Shown here: in pieces, positions 34,571 to 45,871 of the stretch
Layout of the letters: every line of letters starts with the position of its first letter
Position numbering within the stretch: position 1 is the stretch's first letter
Origin: an uncultured Gemmatimonadaceae bacterium
GTDB taxonomy: Bacteria > Gemmatimonadota > Gemmatimonadetes > Gemmatimonadales > Gemmatimonadaceae
Reading direction: 5' to 3'
Assembly: GCA_963843845.1 (NCBI GenBank)
Contig: CAWJMB010000002.1
Location: 1,856,001 to 1,920,000, forward strand
Length of the DNA stretch: 64,000 bases
Translations under genes and position numbers: made by a program
Notes under the pieces: model-generated
Databases searched by the model: none
What the model saw: only the letters and a program-made list of their open reading frames with translations
What the model was told of the DNA's origin: nothing

Positions 34571-36246
34571 GCGTACGGAAGCAGGGAAGACCACCTCGTC
34601 GTGACGACGACCGGCCGCGACGGCCCGCGCGCGACGACGAACGACCGCGGCGTCCGCGCTCCGGCGGCGACACGCGCCCCCCGCGCCCGGAGCGAGGCGA
34701 GGGGGACCGATCGGGTCGGCCGACACGCGGAAGCGCAGGTGGACGTCCGTCACGCCCGCCGCGGGTCGACGAGGGGCCGCGCCGATTCGCGCGCGATGAC
34801 AAGCCTCGCGCGCCCACGCGGAACTGGACGTACGGCGAGGGGGGCCGGGGACGTGACGACGCAGGCGACGCGGTCGGGTCGTCGGACCGCGGCGAACGGC
34901 GACCGGCGCGCGAGGCCCGCGACCGCGACGCTGAGTCGGTCGCGCGGCCGATGCGACCGCACGTCGAGCGGCCGCGGCCCGATCGCCCGCGGTCGGACCG
35001 CGCGCAGTCGGACCGCGCGCAGTCGGACCGTCCGCGGTCGGATCGTCCGCAGTCGGATCGTCCGCTCGCCGTGCGTCGGACCGTCCGCGGTCGGACCGTC
35101 CGCGGTCGACGTCCGCGGCGGCCGGCGGGCGGGGGGCTGGCGCGTCCTGCGCGGCCGCGCGTCGACGAGTCCCGCGTCGAGCGCTCGCGCGACGAGGGGC
35201 CGCGTGGCGAGCGTCCGCGTGGCGAGCGGCCGCGCGGGGAGGAATCGCGTGGCACCGGGGCGCGTCCTGACCGCGCACGCTCGTCGTGGCCGGGTTCCGA
35301 GCGCGGCCGTCTGGAGCGACCGCGCCCCGATCGGGCGGGGGCCGCGAAGCCGGGCGATGCGCGTGCCCGGCCGGCGCGCTCGTCGGCGGATGCGGGGAGA
35401 CCGGTGCGACCGGCACGACCAGCCCGCCCTCCGCGTCCGAGCACCGATCGCGGTGCCACGCATTCGGCGCCGCGCCTCGAGCCGGGCCGGCCAGCGGCCC
35501 GTGGACTGATGCGGGTGCAGCGCGCGCTCGCGCGGGCCGGCGTCGCGTCGCGTCGTGAGGCGGAGACGCTGGTCGAGGAAGGGCGGGTGCTCGTGAACGG
35601 CGTCGTCGCGACGATCGGACAGACCGTGGATCCGGAGCGCGACGCGATCACGCTCGACGGCGCGCGCGTCGGAGCGCCGGCGGCGGCGCAGTGGATCGTG
35701 CTGCACAAGCCGCCGGCGGTGCTCACGACGCGGAAGGACGAGGAGGGGCGCGCGACGGTGTTCGATCTGGTGCCCGACTGGCCAGGGCTCACGTACGTGG
35801 GCCGCCTCGATTTCATGACCGAGGGCGTGCTGCTTCTCACCACCGACGGCGAGGCGGCGCACCGACTCACCCACCCGAGCAGCGAGGTCGAGCGCATCTA
35901 CGTCGCCGTGGTCCGGGGAAACGCGCCCGAGGCGGTGCGCATGGCGCGCCGCGGCGTCGAGCTCGAGGACGGCGTCGTGACGCCCGTGTCGATGGAGGCG
36001 CATCCTGCCGGAGCCCGTCGCTGGGAAGTGGAGATCACCATCACCGAGGGGCGTACGCGCGAGGTGCGGCGCCTCTGCGAGGCACTCGGCCTCGAGGTCG
36101 AACGACTGGTGCGCGTCCAGTTCGGCCCGGTGAAGCTCGGCCAGCTTCCGGCGGGGAAGACCCGAGCGCTGACGCCGACCGAGCGGCGAACCGTGCAGGC
36201 CCTCGTGCGAACCTCGCGTGACAGCGAGGGTATGCGGCGGAGTTGA
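34567..36246 (+). CDS. rluB: Pseudouridine synthase (RluB/RsuA family) with a roughly 310-aa Arg/Asp/Pro-rich N-terminal extension
   Basis: S4 domain [36 protein letters not shown]; follows scpAB. Confidence 0.85.
   Translation: MSVRKQGRPPRRDDDRPRRPARDDERPRRPRSGGDTRPPRPERGEGDRSGRPTRGSAGGRPSRPPRVDEGPRRFARDDKPRAPTRNWTYGEGGRGRDDAGDAVGSSDRGERRPAREARDRDAESVARPMRPHVERPRPDRPRSDRAQSDRAQSDRPRSDRPQSDRPLAVRRTVRGRTVRGRRPRRPAGGGLARPARPRVDESRVERSRDEGPRGERPRGERPRGEESRGTGARPDRARSSWPGSERGRLERPRPDRAGAAKPGDARARPARSSADAGRPVRPARPARPPRPSTDRGATHSAPRLEPGRPAARGLMRVQRALARAGVASRREAETLVEEGRVLVNGVVATIGQTVDPERDAITLDGARVGAPAAAQWIVLHKPPAVLTTRKDEEGRATVFDLVPDWPGLTYVGRLDFMTEGVLLLTTDGEAAHRLTHPSSEVERIYVAVVRGNAPEAVRMARRGVELEDGVVTPVSMEAHPAGARRWEVEITITEGRTREVRRLCEALGLEVERLVRVQFGPVKLGQLPAGKTRALTPTERRTVQALVRTSRDSEGMRRS
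34981..35120 (+). repeat. 15-bp tandem repeat (about 8 units) inside the rluB extension
   Basis: gaYcgYScgcRgtcg units encoding [10 protein letters not shown]. Confidence 0.8.
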
Positions 36247-36286
36247 CAGGCGTATCTCGAACCCGGAGCACGAAGACGTGGCGACG

Positions 36287-37256
36287 ATGATCGCGCCCGC
36301 GTCCGCCGACGCGGCGCTGGTGCAGGGCGTGGCGCAGCAGGTCGCGCGACGAGTCGTGGGGCAGGAGTACATGGTCGAGCGGCTGCTCATCGGGCTGCTC
36401 ACCGGTGGGCACGTGCTGCTCGAGGGCGTTCCGGGGCTCGCGAAGACGCTCACCGTGCGCACGCTGGCCGAGACGATCAGCACGACGTTCCAGCGTATCC
36501 AGTTCACCCCCGACCTGCTGCCGGCGGACGTCGTCGGCACGCAGGTCTTCGATCAGGGCACGGGGCAGCTTCAGCGTCAAGAAGGGGCCGATCTTCGCGA
36601 ACATCCTGCTCGCCGACGAGATCAACCGCGCGCCGGCGAAGGTGCAGTCGGCGCTGCTCGAAGCGATGCAGGAGAAGCAGGTGACGATCGGCGGCGAGAC
36701 GTTCCGCCTCGACGAGCCGTTCCTCGTGCTCGCGACGCAGAATCCGATCGAGCAGGAAGGGACGTACCCGCTCCCCGAGGCGCAGCTCGACCGCTTCATG
36801 CTGAAGCTGCGCGTCGGGTATCCGTCGCGCGACGAGGAGAAGGAGATCATGCGGCGCATGGCCGGCGGGGCGCCCATCTCGATCTCGCCCGCTGCGACGC
36901 CGGAGCAGATCCTCGACGCGCGCCGCCGCATCGCGGAGCTGTACATGGACGAGCGGATCGTCGACTACATCGTCGAGATCGTGCATGCGACGCGGGCGCC
37001 GGCCGAAGCCGGACTGACGGACATCGCACCGCTCATCGAGTTCGGCGCGAGCCCACGCGCGTCGATCGCGCTCGCGCAGGCGTCCCGGGCGCACGCGTTT
37101 CTGCGCGGCCGCACGTTCGTGACGCCGGACGACGTGAAGGCGATCGCGGCCGACGTGCTTCGGCACCGGGTGCTGACGTCGTTCGAGGCGGACGCCGAGG
37201 AAGTGACGAGCGACGACATCGTGACGCGGGTGCTCGCGCGCGTCGAGAGTCCGTGA
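36287..37256 (+). CDS. moxR: MoxR-family AAA+ ATPase (frameshift near 36565)
   Basis: [64 protein letters not shown]. Confidence 0.93.
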
Positions 37257-38179
37257 GCGTCGCGCCCGCGCGCCGACAGAGCGATCCGCGGGCGCGCATC
37301 TCGCCGGAGGTGCTGCGTCAGATTCGCCACATCGACGTGCGCACGCGCGGGCTCGTGAACTCCCTCTTCGCCGGGGAGTACCGCTCCGTCTTCAAGGGGC
37401 AGGGGATGGAGTTCGCCGAGGTGCGCGAGTACATGCCCGGCGACGAGGTGCGGTCGATCGACTGGAACGTCACGGCGCGCATGCGCCGGCCCTTCGTGCG
37501 GCGATACGAGGAAGAACGAGAGCTGACCGTGATGCTCGCCGTGGACCTGTCGGGTTCGGAACGGTTCGGCACGGCGCGGCGATTCAAGAGCGAGCTGGCG
37601 ACGGAGCTGGCGGCGGTGCTCGCGCTCTCGGCGGTGCGCAACAACGATCGCGTCGGCGCGCTGCTGTTCACCGATCGGATCGAGAAGGTCGTGCGCCCGC
37701 GGAAGGGGCGGCGGCACGCGCTGCGACTGCTGCGCGACGTGCTCGTCACCGAGCCGGACGGCACGGGGACGAGCATCGCGACCGCCGCGGACTACCTCGG
37801 GCGGCTGCTCACGCACAAGGCGATCGTCTTCATCATCTCCGACTTCCAGGACTCGGCGCTCGAGACGCCACTCAAGCGCCTCGCGCTGCGGCACGACGTC
37901 GTCGCCGTGAGCGTTGAGGATCCCGCGGAAGTCGAGCTGCCGGACGTCGGGCTCGCGCGCTTCGTCGACCCGGAGAGCGGCGTCGTCGTCGAGCGTGACA
38001 CGGGCGATCCGGCCGTGCGGGCGTGGTTCGCCCAGCGAGTCGCGGCCGATCGCGACGCGCGGCGGCGGCTGCTGCGGCGACTCGCGATCGATGAGGTCGA
38101 GGTGCGGACGGCCGACGGGTACGTCGAGCCGCTCCTCAAGTTCTTCCGCTCGCGCGAGACGCGGGCTCGGCGCGGATGA
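37253..38179 (+). CDS. DUF58 family protein (vWA-like)
   Basis: [32 protein letters not shown]. Confidence 0.9.
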   Translation: MSVAPARRQSDPRARISPEVLRQIRHIDVRTRGLVNSLFAGEYRSVFKGQGMEFAEVREYMPGDEVRSIDWNVTARMRRPFVRRYEEERELTVMLAVDLSGSERFGTARRFKSELATELAAVLALSAVRNNDRVGALLFTDRIEKVVRPRKGRRHALRLLRDVLVTEPDGTGTSIATAADYLGRLLTHKAIVFIISDFQDSALETPLKRLALRHDVVAVSVEDPAEVELPDVGLARFVDPESGVVVERDTGDPAVRAWFAQRVAADRDARRRLLRRLAIDEVEVRTADGYVEPLLKFFRSRETRARRG

Positions 38180-39211
38180 CACGCCCCGGCGCCGCGCTCG
38201 TCGCGTTGCTGTGCGCGATCGGCACGCCGGCGCTGTACGCGCAGCCCATCGGGAGTTCCGTCCGCGCCGGCGTCACGCGTGCTCCCGGACACGGTGACGA
38301 TCGGCGACGTCTTCGTGGTGAAGGTCCGCGTGCAGGCGGCGGCGGGCACGCGGGTCGTGTTCCCGCCGCCTCCCGACACGGCGAGCCCGGTCCAGGCGCA
38401 CGACCCGATTCGCCTCGACACGATCCAGAGTCCCGCGGGCGCGCTGGATCTCGTCGCGACCTACCGGGTCGCCGCCTGGGACGTGGGGACGCTTCCGTTG
38501 GGCCTCGGCGACGTCCTGGTCGGAGCGCCGGGAGACGAGCGTCGGGTCGCGCTCGGCGCGTACTCGGTGTTCGTCGAGAGCGTGCTGCCGGCCGACACGA
38601 CGCTCCGCGTGCCGAAGCCGCCGCGCGATCCGCTCCCGGATGCGCCGTCGCTGTGGATCAGATGGTGGCCGTGGATCGTCGCCGCGCTCGTCGCGCTGGC
38701 GCTCGCCGCGTGGCGCCTGTACCGGTGGTGGTCCGCGCGCCGCGACCGCCGAGTCGACGACGACCCGCACGCCCGCGCGCGCGCCGAGTTCGAACGACTC
38801 GAGCGCATGCGACTCGTCGAGGCGGGCGAGGGCGGACGGCTCGTCGCGCTGTCGAGCGACGTCGTGCGCGACTATCTCGCGGTGCGGGTGCCCGACGCGT
38901 CCGCGTCGCTGACGTCGACGGAGGTCGACCGCGTCGTGCGCGACCGCGACGACGTGCCGCACGAACAGTTGGGCACCTTCCTCGGCTTCGCCGACCTCGT
39001 GAAGTTCGCGGCGCGCCGGGTCACCGCGGAGTCGGCTCGGCAGGCGTTCGCGGAGGCGCGCGCGATCGTCGACGCCACGGAGAGCGGCATCACTGCCCGT
39101 CTCGCGCACGAGGCCGCGACGGCAGCGGCGCGCACGCGCGCGGCGGAGTCTGAGGCGCGTCGCTACGAGGACGAGCGGCGTCGCGCGTCGACTCGGCGAG
39201 ACGCGGCATGA
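38176..39211 (+). CDS. Bat-cluster membrane protein (BatD/DUF4381-like), frameshift near 38280
   Basis: Signal peptide, DTVTIGD Ig-like region, [22 protein letters not shown]. Confidence 0.7.
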
Positions 39212-40911
39212 GCTGGCTTCGCTACTTCCAGGCGCCGTGGCTGCTCGCGCTCGCGATCATGCTGCCGCTCGCCTCGGTCGCGCTCGCCGTCGCGTGGGTG
39301 CGGCGGCGCGCGACGCGGGTGGCGCGCATGGGCGCGGACGCACTCGTCGCGCGGCTGGCGCCCGGGCTCGCGTCGCGTGGCACCCGCTGGCGCGCCGCGC
39401 GACTGGGCGGGGCGCTCGCACTCGCGGCCCTGGCGCTCGCGGGGCCGCGATGGGGCACCGAGCGCTCGCTGATTCAGACGTCGGGCGTGGACATCGTCCT
39501 CGCGCTCGACGCGTCGCTGTCGATGATGGCGACCGACGAGCGGCCGAACCGGCTCACACGCATGAAGCAGGAAGTCACGCGCCTGCGCGCGCTCACGCCC
39601 GGCGACCGGGTCGCGCTCCTCGCGTTCGCCGGGCGCAGCTACATCCTGACGCCGCTGACGACCGACGACGGAGCGTTGAGCCTCTTTCTCGACAACCTCG
39701 ATCCGACCGTGGTCGGGCAGGCGGGCAGCTCGCTCGCGCGTGCGATCCGGCAGGGGACGGAGCTGTTGCAGAGCACGCGCGGTGGCGGCGCCGACCGCGC
39801 GATCGTCGTCATGAGCGACGGCGAGGCGTTCGAGCCGGAGGACGACGTGCGCGAGGCCGCGCGACAGGCGGCGGACGCCGGGATCATCGTCGTCACCGTC
39901 GGCTTCGGGTCCACCGACGGCACGACGATCCCGATCGTCGAGGACGACGAGCCGACCATCAAGCGGGATGAGAGCGGCAACGCCGTCGTCACGCGCTACG
40001 TGCCCGACCTCCTGCGGGCCGCGGCTGAGGCTGGTGGGGGCACGTTCGTGCCGTCCGAGGCGACCGACAAGGCAGCGCGCGTTCGCGCGGCGCTGGGCAG
40101 CCTGCGCGCGCAACGACGGACCGTGGCCACGGCGAACGATCTGACTCCGCGCTTCCAGCTCTTCGTCGCGCCAGCGCTGCTGCTGCTGCTGCTCGACGGG
40201 TGGTTCGCGCTGCGTCGCAGAGGGGGGGCGCGCCGGACGCCTTCCGTCGCGGCGGCGCGCGCGGCCTCGCTCGTCGCGCTCGTGCTGCTGCCCGTGGTGA
40301 GCGGTTGCACCCGTCGCACGATCCCCGACGACGCGCTCACCCTCTACGCCAATCGCAACTACGTCGGCGCGCTCGCGGTGTACCGGGAGCGGGCGAAGGG
40401 AGCTGCCACGCCGGTCGCGTCGTACAACCTCGGGACGACGCTGCTCGCGGCCGATTCGATCGTCGCGGCGCGCCAGTCGCTCGATCGTGCGCGGCAGGCG
40501 CCGGATACGGCGGTCAGGTGGCGCGCGCAGTTCAACCTCGGGCTCGCGCACCTGCGCCTCGGACTCGCCCAGGGACCCGACAGTGGCGCGACCGACCTCG
40601 ACGCGGCGCTCGCGCTCTACAAGCAGGTGCTCATGGCGCATCCGGACGACGCCGACGCGAAGTGGAACTACGAGCTGGCGCTGCGGAAGAAGAAGTCCGG
40701 CGGCGGAGGTGGTGGCGGCGGTGGGGGCGGGGGGCAGGGATCGCCCCCGCCGCAGGGTCCGCCCGACGAGCAGCAGCGCCCGTCCGGAGGACTCGGCCAG
40801 CGCCAGGCGGAGGAGCTGCTGAACGCCGCGGCGCGCGACGAGCGGGACGTGCAGGGAAAGAAGCAGCGCACGAACCGGCCCCCGCCGCCGCCTGGCGGCA
40901 AGGACTGGTAG
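39208..40911 (+). CDS. vWA + TPR protein (BatB-BatC-like fusion)
   Basis: MIDAS DASLS, LTPLTTD, MSDGE; TPR motifs YNLG/FNLG, DAKWNYELA; ends KDW. Confidence 0.82.
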   Translation: MSWLRYFQAPWLLALAIMLPLASVALAVAWVRRRATRVARMGADALVARLAPGLASRGTRWRAARLGGALALAALALAGPRWGTERSLIQTSGVDIVLALDASLSMMATDERPNRLTRMKQEVTRLRALTPGDRVALLAFAGRSYILTPLTTDDGALSLFLDNLDPTVVGQAGSSLARAIRQGTELLQSTRGGGADRAIVVMSDGEAFEPEDDVREAARQAADAGIIVVTVGFGSTDGTTIPIVEDDEPTIKRDESGNAVVTRYVPDLLRAAAEAGGGTFVPSEATDKAARVRAALGSLRAQRRTVATANDLTPRFQLFVAPALLLLLLDGWFALRRRGGARRTPSVAAARAASLVALVLLPVVSGCTRRTIPDDALTLYANRNYVGALAVYRERAKGAATPVASYNLGTTLLAADSIVAARQSLDRARQAPDTAVRWRAQFNLGLAHLRLGLAQGPDSGATDLDAALALYKQVLMAHPDDADAKWNYELALRKKKSGGGGGGGGGGGGQGSPPPQGPPDEQQRPSGGLGQRQAEELLNAAARDERDVQGKKQRTNRPPPPPGGKDW

Positions 40912-40914
40912 GCG

Positions 40915-43083
40915 GTGCGCGCTCTCGCCATCGTCGCGTCGCTCCTCATCGCGGGAGCGGCCGTCGCGCAGCCGCCCCACCCGAACATCGTCGACCGCGC
41001 GCATGTCGATCCGAGCAAGGGGATCAACTTCCACGCGCTCGCGACTCCGGACACGGTGTACGTCGGTCAGCAGTCGACGTACCAGGTCGGTGTCTTCCTC
41101 GACGAAGTCGTTCGCATGAGACTCCGTCGGAACCCGGAGTTCCTGCCGCCCGAGCTGCGCGGCCTGCTCGCGTACGATCTGCCGGCCGGCCGCGCGTCGC
41201 TACGCGATCGCGCCATCGCCGGCAAGCGGTGGGACGTCCACGTCTTTCAGCGTGCCGTCTTCCCGCTCGAGCCGGGGCGCACGGACATCCCCGGCGCGCA
41301 GCTCACCTACTCGTTGCCGCTCTCGGTCGGCTTCTTCTCTCGCGAGGAGAGCTACACCGCGCGTGCGGAACGCGCCTCGATCGTCGCCATGGATCCGCCG
41401 ACGTCGGGGCGTCCCGCCGAGTGGAATGGCGCGGTCGGGGTGTTGAGCGTGGTGGCGCGCGTGGACACGACGACATCGCGCGTCGGCGACTCGTTCATCG
41501 CGACCCTGCGCGTCGCGGGGACGGCGAACGTGAAGCTGCTGCCGCGTCCGCCGCTCAGCATTCCATGGGCCAGCGCCGTGCCGAGCGAGGAACGTGTCTT
41601 CGTCGACTCGACGTCGCTGCTCGTGCGTGGCGCGAAGGAGTTCGACTGGATCGTGACGCCGACGGCGGCCGGAAACCGGACCTTCCCCGCGGTGCGCTAC
41701 GCGTACTTCGATCCGTACGCGAGGCGCTACGACGTCGCGACGACGATCGAGGTCCCCGTGCTCGTCGTGCCCGGGGCGCTCGCGACGATCGCCGCGACGC
41801 GCGAGGACACGACGCCCGCGCTCGCCATCCGGCGTGTCGATCGCGGGCCTGTGTCGCCCCCGCTGCCGTCGCGCGCCGCGTTCTGGATCATCGCGGCGCT
41901 CGCGCCGCTGCCGGCGGCGACGCTCGTCGCGCGCCGGCGCCCGCAGCGGCGCGCCGCGCGGCGACGCGCCCTGCCGCCCGCGACTCGGCTTCGCGAGCTG
42001 ACGCGCGATCCGGCGGCGGACGTCGCCGACGTTCGGCGCACCTTCTCGGCGCGTTCGGCGACCGGATCGCGTCGACCGGGGTGTCGACGTCGTTCGGCGA
42101 CGCGCGCCCGCGCTCGCTCGTGCGGCGGCTGCGGCGGGCTGGAGTCACTGCGGACGCGGCGGACGCCGTGGAGCGACTCACGCAGCGCTTCGACGCGCTC
42201 GCCTATTCGGCCCGCGACGGAACCGCGTCGCCGACGAGCACGTCGGCGCGCGAGCTCGCGGTGGAAGCGAACGCGCTGTTCGCCCTCGTCGACGTGCAGG
42301 CCCGCCCGCGCGAGGAGCTCGCCCAGCGAGTGCGGACGCGGGTCGTCGCTCGTGTCGCGCGCCCGACCGTTCTCGCGCTCGTCTGCGCGCTCCCGTTCGG
42401 AGTGCCGAACGCGTTCGCGGCGCTGCAACCCGCCTCGCCGTTCGCCGCCGGCGTCGCGGCGTACGAGGCGCGTGACTTCGCCGAAGCCGCGACGCTGTTC
42501 GACGAGGCTGCGCGCGCCGAGTCGCTCTCGCCGGACGCGTGGGCGAACGCCGGCACCGCGGCGTGGGCGGTGAACGACACGCTCGGGGCCGCGCTGGGGT
42601 GGCAGCGCGCGCTCCGTCTCGAGCCGCGGGCGGGCGAGCTTCGGACGCGGCTCTCGCTGCTCCCGACTTCTCAGGACGGCTCGGTCGCCGGGGTGCCGCC
42701 GCTCCCGCTCGACTGGGCCGCCGCGATGGGGCTCGGCTTGTGGATCGTGGCCTGTGCCGCGATCACCGGTCGCGCTCGCACGTCGCGGAACCGACGCGCC
42801 GCTTCTCGCCCTCGCCTCGGTGGCCGCCCTCGGCGCGTCCGTCACCGCGGCGCTCTGCGTCCAGCTCGGCGCGGTCCGCGCGGCGCGCGACATCGCGATC
42901 GTCACCGTCGCAGGGGCCCTCCGCGCCGAGCCGATCCTCGGCGCCGATCGCACGGGTGTCGTCGAGCGAACCGATGTGGCGTACGTACGCAGCCGCCGCT
43001 CCGTGTGGACGCGCGTCACGCTCGACGGCGGCCGCGACGGCTGGATCGAGAGCGAGCGGCTCACGTCTCTCGCCCCGCAGTAG
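40915..43083 (+). CDS. BatD-family protein fused to TPR/SH3 (BatE-like) region, frameshifts near 42050 and 42790
   Basis: DTVYVGQQ, WNGAVG, YAYFDP; later AWANAG..GWQRALRLEPR; final WTRVTLDGGRDGWIE. Confidence 0.75.
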
Positions 43084-43128
43084 CCGAGCACCGCACGACC
43101 GACCGCGCCGTACAGGTACATTCGCTCC

Positions 43129-44916
43129 GTGCCCCGCATCGCCATCCTCTCCGCGGCCGTCGCCGATCAGATCGCCGCCGGTGAAGTCGTGGAGCGCCCC
43201 GCCTCGGTCGTGAAAGAGCTCGTCGAGAACGCGCTCGACGCGGGCGCGACGAGCATCGACGTCGTCATCGAGGACGGCGGTCGGGCGCTCGTGCGCGTGA
43301 GCGACGATGGATGCGGGATGTCGCGCGACGACGCCGTGCTCGCGCTCGCGCGCCACGCGACGAGCAAGATTCGCGACGCCGAGGACCTCGTCGGCGTGCG
43401 CAGCTTCGGCTTTCGCGGGGAGGCACTGCCGGCCATCTGCTCGGTCGCGCAGCTCGAGATCGACACGGCCACCGAGGACGGCGGAGGGACGCACGTGTCG
43501 GCGGCGGGGGGCGACGTGCACGACGTCCGCGACGCCGCCCGGCGTCGCGGCACGACGGTGAGCGTGGCGCGACTGTTCTACAACGCGCCCTCGCGCCAAC
43601 GATTCTTGCGGAGCGCGCGCAGCGAATGGCGCGGCATCAGCGAGGCGGTCGTCACGGCGGCGATCGTGCGGCGCGACGTGCGGCTGACGCTGACGCACGA
43701 CGGACGGCCGGCGCTCGCGCTTCCTGCGGCGCCGTCGCTCCGCGCGCGGCTCGCGGCCATCCACGGCGCGCGCTACGCCGACGCGCTGGTCGACGTCGAC
43801 GACGTCGCCGGTCCGATCCACGTCGCCGGCCTCGTCGAACGTCCGGCGGACGTCGGGACCTCCACGCGGCGCGTCTTCCTCGTCGTGAACGGTCGCGCCG
43901 TGCGAGACGCCGGGCTCGTGCGTGGCGCGGAGGCCGCCTACCGCTCGACGCTGCCGGGCGGGGCGCGGCCGTCGGTGTTCCTGGCCGTCACGCTCCCGCC
44001 TGACGAGGTCGACGTGAACGTGCATCCCGCGAAGGCGGAGCTCCGCTTCCGCGACCGGTGGGTCGTCGAGCGCGCCGTCGAGCGCGCGGTGCGCCGCGCG
44101 TTAGGCACTTCGGACAGCGCGGCGGACGTCGGCCGGGGGTGGCAGCGGGGGATCGACGCGATGAGGTCCGCAGCGCCACTCGGCGGGTCGGTCGTGCCGT
44201 TCGACACCGCGGCCGTGCACGCGACGCTCGCGCCGGAGCCGACGCGCGACGGGCTGTTCGTGGTGCCCGACGGTTCGCGCACGGCGTCGATCGAGTCGGC
44301 GAGTCACGCGCCGTCGGACGCGCCGGAGCGCGACGACGACCCGATCGTCGTCCCTCCGCTGGTGCAACTGCGGCGCACCTACATGCTGTTCGAGCGCGAC
44401 GACGGCGTCGTGCTGATCGACCAGCACTCGGCGCACGAGCGCGTGCTCTACGAGCAGTTCATGGGCGCGCTCGATCGCGGCGAGGCGCCGTCGCAACGCC
44501 TGCTCTTTCCGCTCACGCTCCACCTCGGTCCGGCGCAGGGCGACGCGTACGAAGCGCACCGCGAGCTGTTCGCGCGCCTTGGCTTCGAGGCCGAGGGCTT
44601 CGGCGGACACACGCTCCTCGTGCACAGCGTGCCGACGCCGCACCCGCGTTTCGACGCGGAGCGGTGCCTGCGCGAGACGCTCGATGCGCTGACGGGCGAT
44701 CGTCGCGCGTCGGCGCACGCGCGGCACGAGCGGCTCGCGGCGACGGTCGCGTGCAAGGCCGCCGTGAAGGCGGGCGACGCGCTGTCCCCCGCGGAGATGC
44801 GTGCCCTGTTCGTGGCGCTCGCGCGGACGACGCTGCCCGCGCACGATGTGCACGGCCGCGCCACGATCGTGCAGTTGAGCTGGAGCGAGGTCGACCGGCG
44901 CTTCGGGCGGCAGTGA
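43129..44916 (+). CDS. mutL: DNA mismatch repair endonuclease MutL
   Basis: QIAAGEVVERPASVVKELVENALDA, HATSKI, GFRGEAL, DVNVHPAK, DQHSAHER, ACKAAVK. Confidence 0.95.
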   Translation: MPRIAILSAAVADQIAAGEVVERPASVVKELVENALDAGATSIDVVIEDGGRALVRVSDDGCGMSRDDAVLALARHATSKIRDAEDLVGVRSFGFRGEALPAICSVAQLEIDTATEDGGGTHVSAAGGDVHDVRDAARRRGTTVSVARLFYNAPSRQRFLRSARSEWRGISEAVVTAAIVRRDVRLTLTHDGRPALALPAAPSLRARLAAIHGARYADALVDVDDVAGPIHVAGLVERPADVGTSTRRVFLVVNGRAVRDAGLVRGAEAAYRSTLPGGARPSVFLAVTLPPDEVDVNVHPAKAELRFRDRWVVERAVERAVRRALGTSDSAADVGRGWQRGIDAMRSAAPLGGSVVPFDTAAVHATLAPEPTRDGLFVVPDGSRTASIESASHAPSDAPERDDDPIVVPPLVQLRRTYMLFERDDGVVLIDQHSAHERVLYEQFMGALDRGEAPSQRLLFPLTLHLGPAQGDAYEAHRELFARLGFEAEGFGGHTLLVHSVPTPHPRFDAERCLRETLDALTGDRRASAHARHERLAATVACKAAVKAGDALSPAEMRALFVALARTTLPAHDVHGRATIVQLSWSEVDRRFGRQ

Positions 44917-45871
44917 GCCGCGCGGCGGCGCATCCACAGGCGCGGCGGAGCGTCCGCGTCATCTGCGGTCCGACGGCCGCGGGCAAGTCGGCGATCGTCG
45001 CGCGGCTCGCCGACCGCACACCGCATCGCGATCGTGAGCGCCGATTCCCGGCAGGTCTACGCCGGTTTCGACATCGGCACCGCCAAGCCGACCCGCGACG
45101 AACAGCGGCGCGTCGCGCACTTCGGCATCGACGTCGCGGATCCGCGTGAGCGCTATTCGGCCGCGCGGTGGGCGGCGTCGGTCGACGGCTGGGTCGATGC
45201 CGCCGATGCGTCGGGCGCCGAATCGGTCATCGTCGGCGGGACCGGCATGTACGTTCGGGCGATCGCCGAGCCGCTGTTCGTCGAGCCCGCGCTCGACCCC
45301 GTCCGGCGTGCCGCCGTCGCCGCCGAGCTGGATCTCCTGAACACCGCGGAGCTGCGCCAGCGCGTCGCCACGCTCGATCCCGGACGGGCGCACCTCGGCC
45401 GCGCCCAGCTGCTGCGCGCCGCGGAGATCGCGCTGCTCACGGGGGAACGGGTCAGCGTGCTGCACGCAGCGCCACGCCCGCGCTCCGCGCTACCGGCTAC
45501 GTTACCTCGTCGTCGACCCCGGGCGGGACACGTTGCGCGAGTGGATCGCGGCACGCGTCGGCTCCATGCTCGGCGCGGGGTGGCTCGACGAAGTTCGTCG
45601 CCTCATGGCGAGCGTGCCCGACGACGCGCCCGCGTGGAATGCGTCGGGGTACGACGTGCTCCGCCGACACCTGCGCGGCGAGCTCTCGCTCGCGTCGGCG
45701 GTCGAGCGTGTCGTCGTCGAGACGCGGCAGTTCGCGAAACGGCAGCGCACATGGTTCCGTCATCAACTGGTCGACGCCGACGTCACGCGCGTCGATCCCA
45801 CGGCGGCGGATGCGGAGGCGGCGGTGAGGGCGTGGTGGACGCGGACAGCGAGCGAGGGGGCGGGGGCATGA
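44913..45871 (+). CDS. miaA: tRNA dimethylallyltransferase (frameshifts)
   Basis: ICGPTAAGKS, SADSRQVY..FDIGTAKP, VGGTGMY, TRQFAKRQRTWFR. Confidence 0.9.

Noticed and set aside
34981..35120. Regular repeats suggesting a CRISPR array
   Set aside because: Contiguous 15-bp coding repeats with no unique spacers and no cas genes
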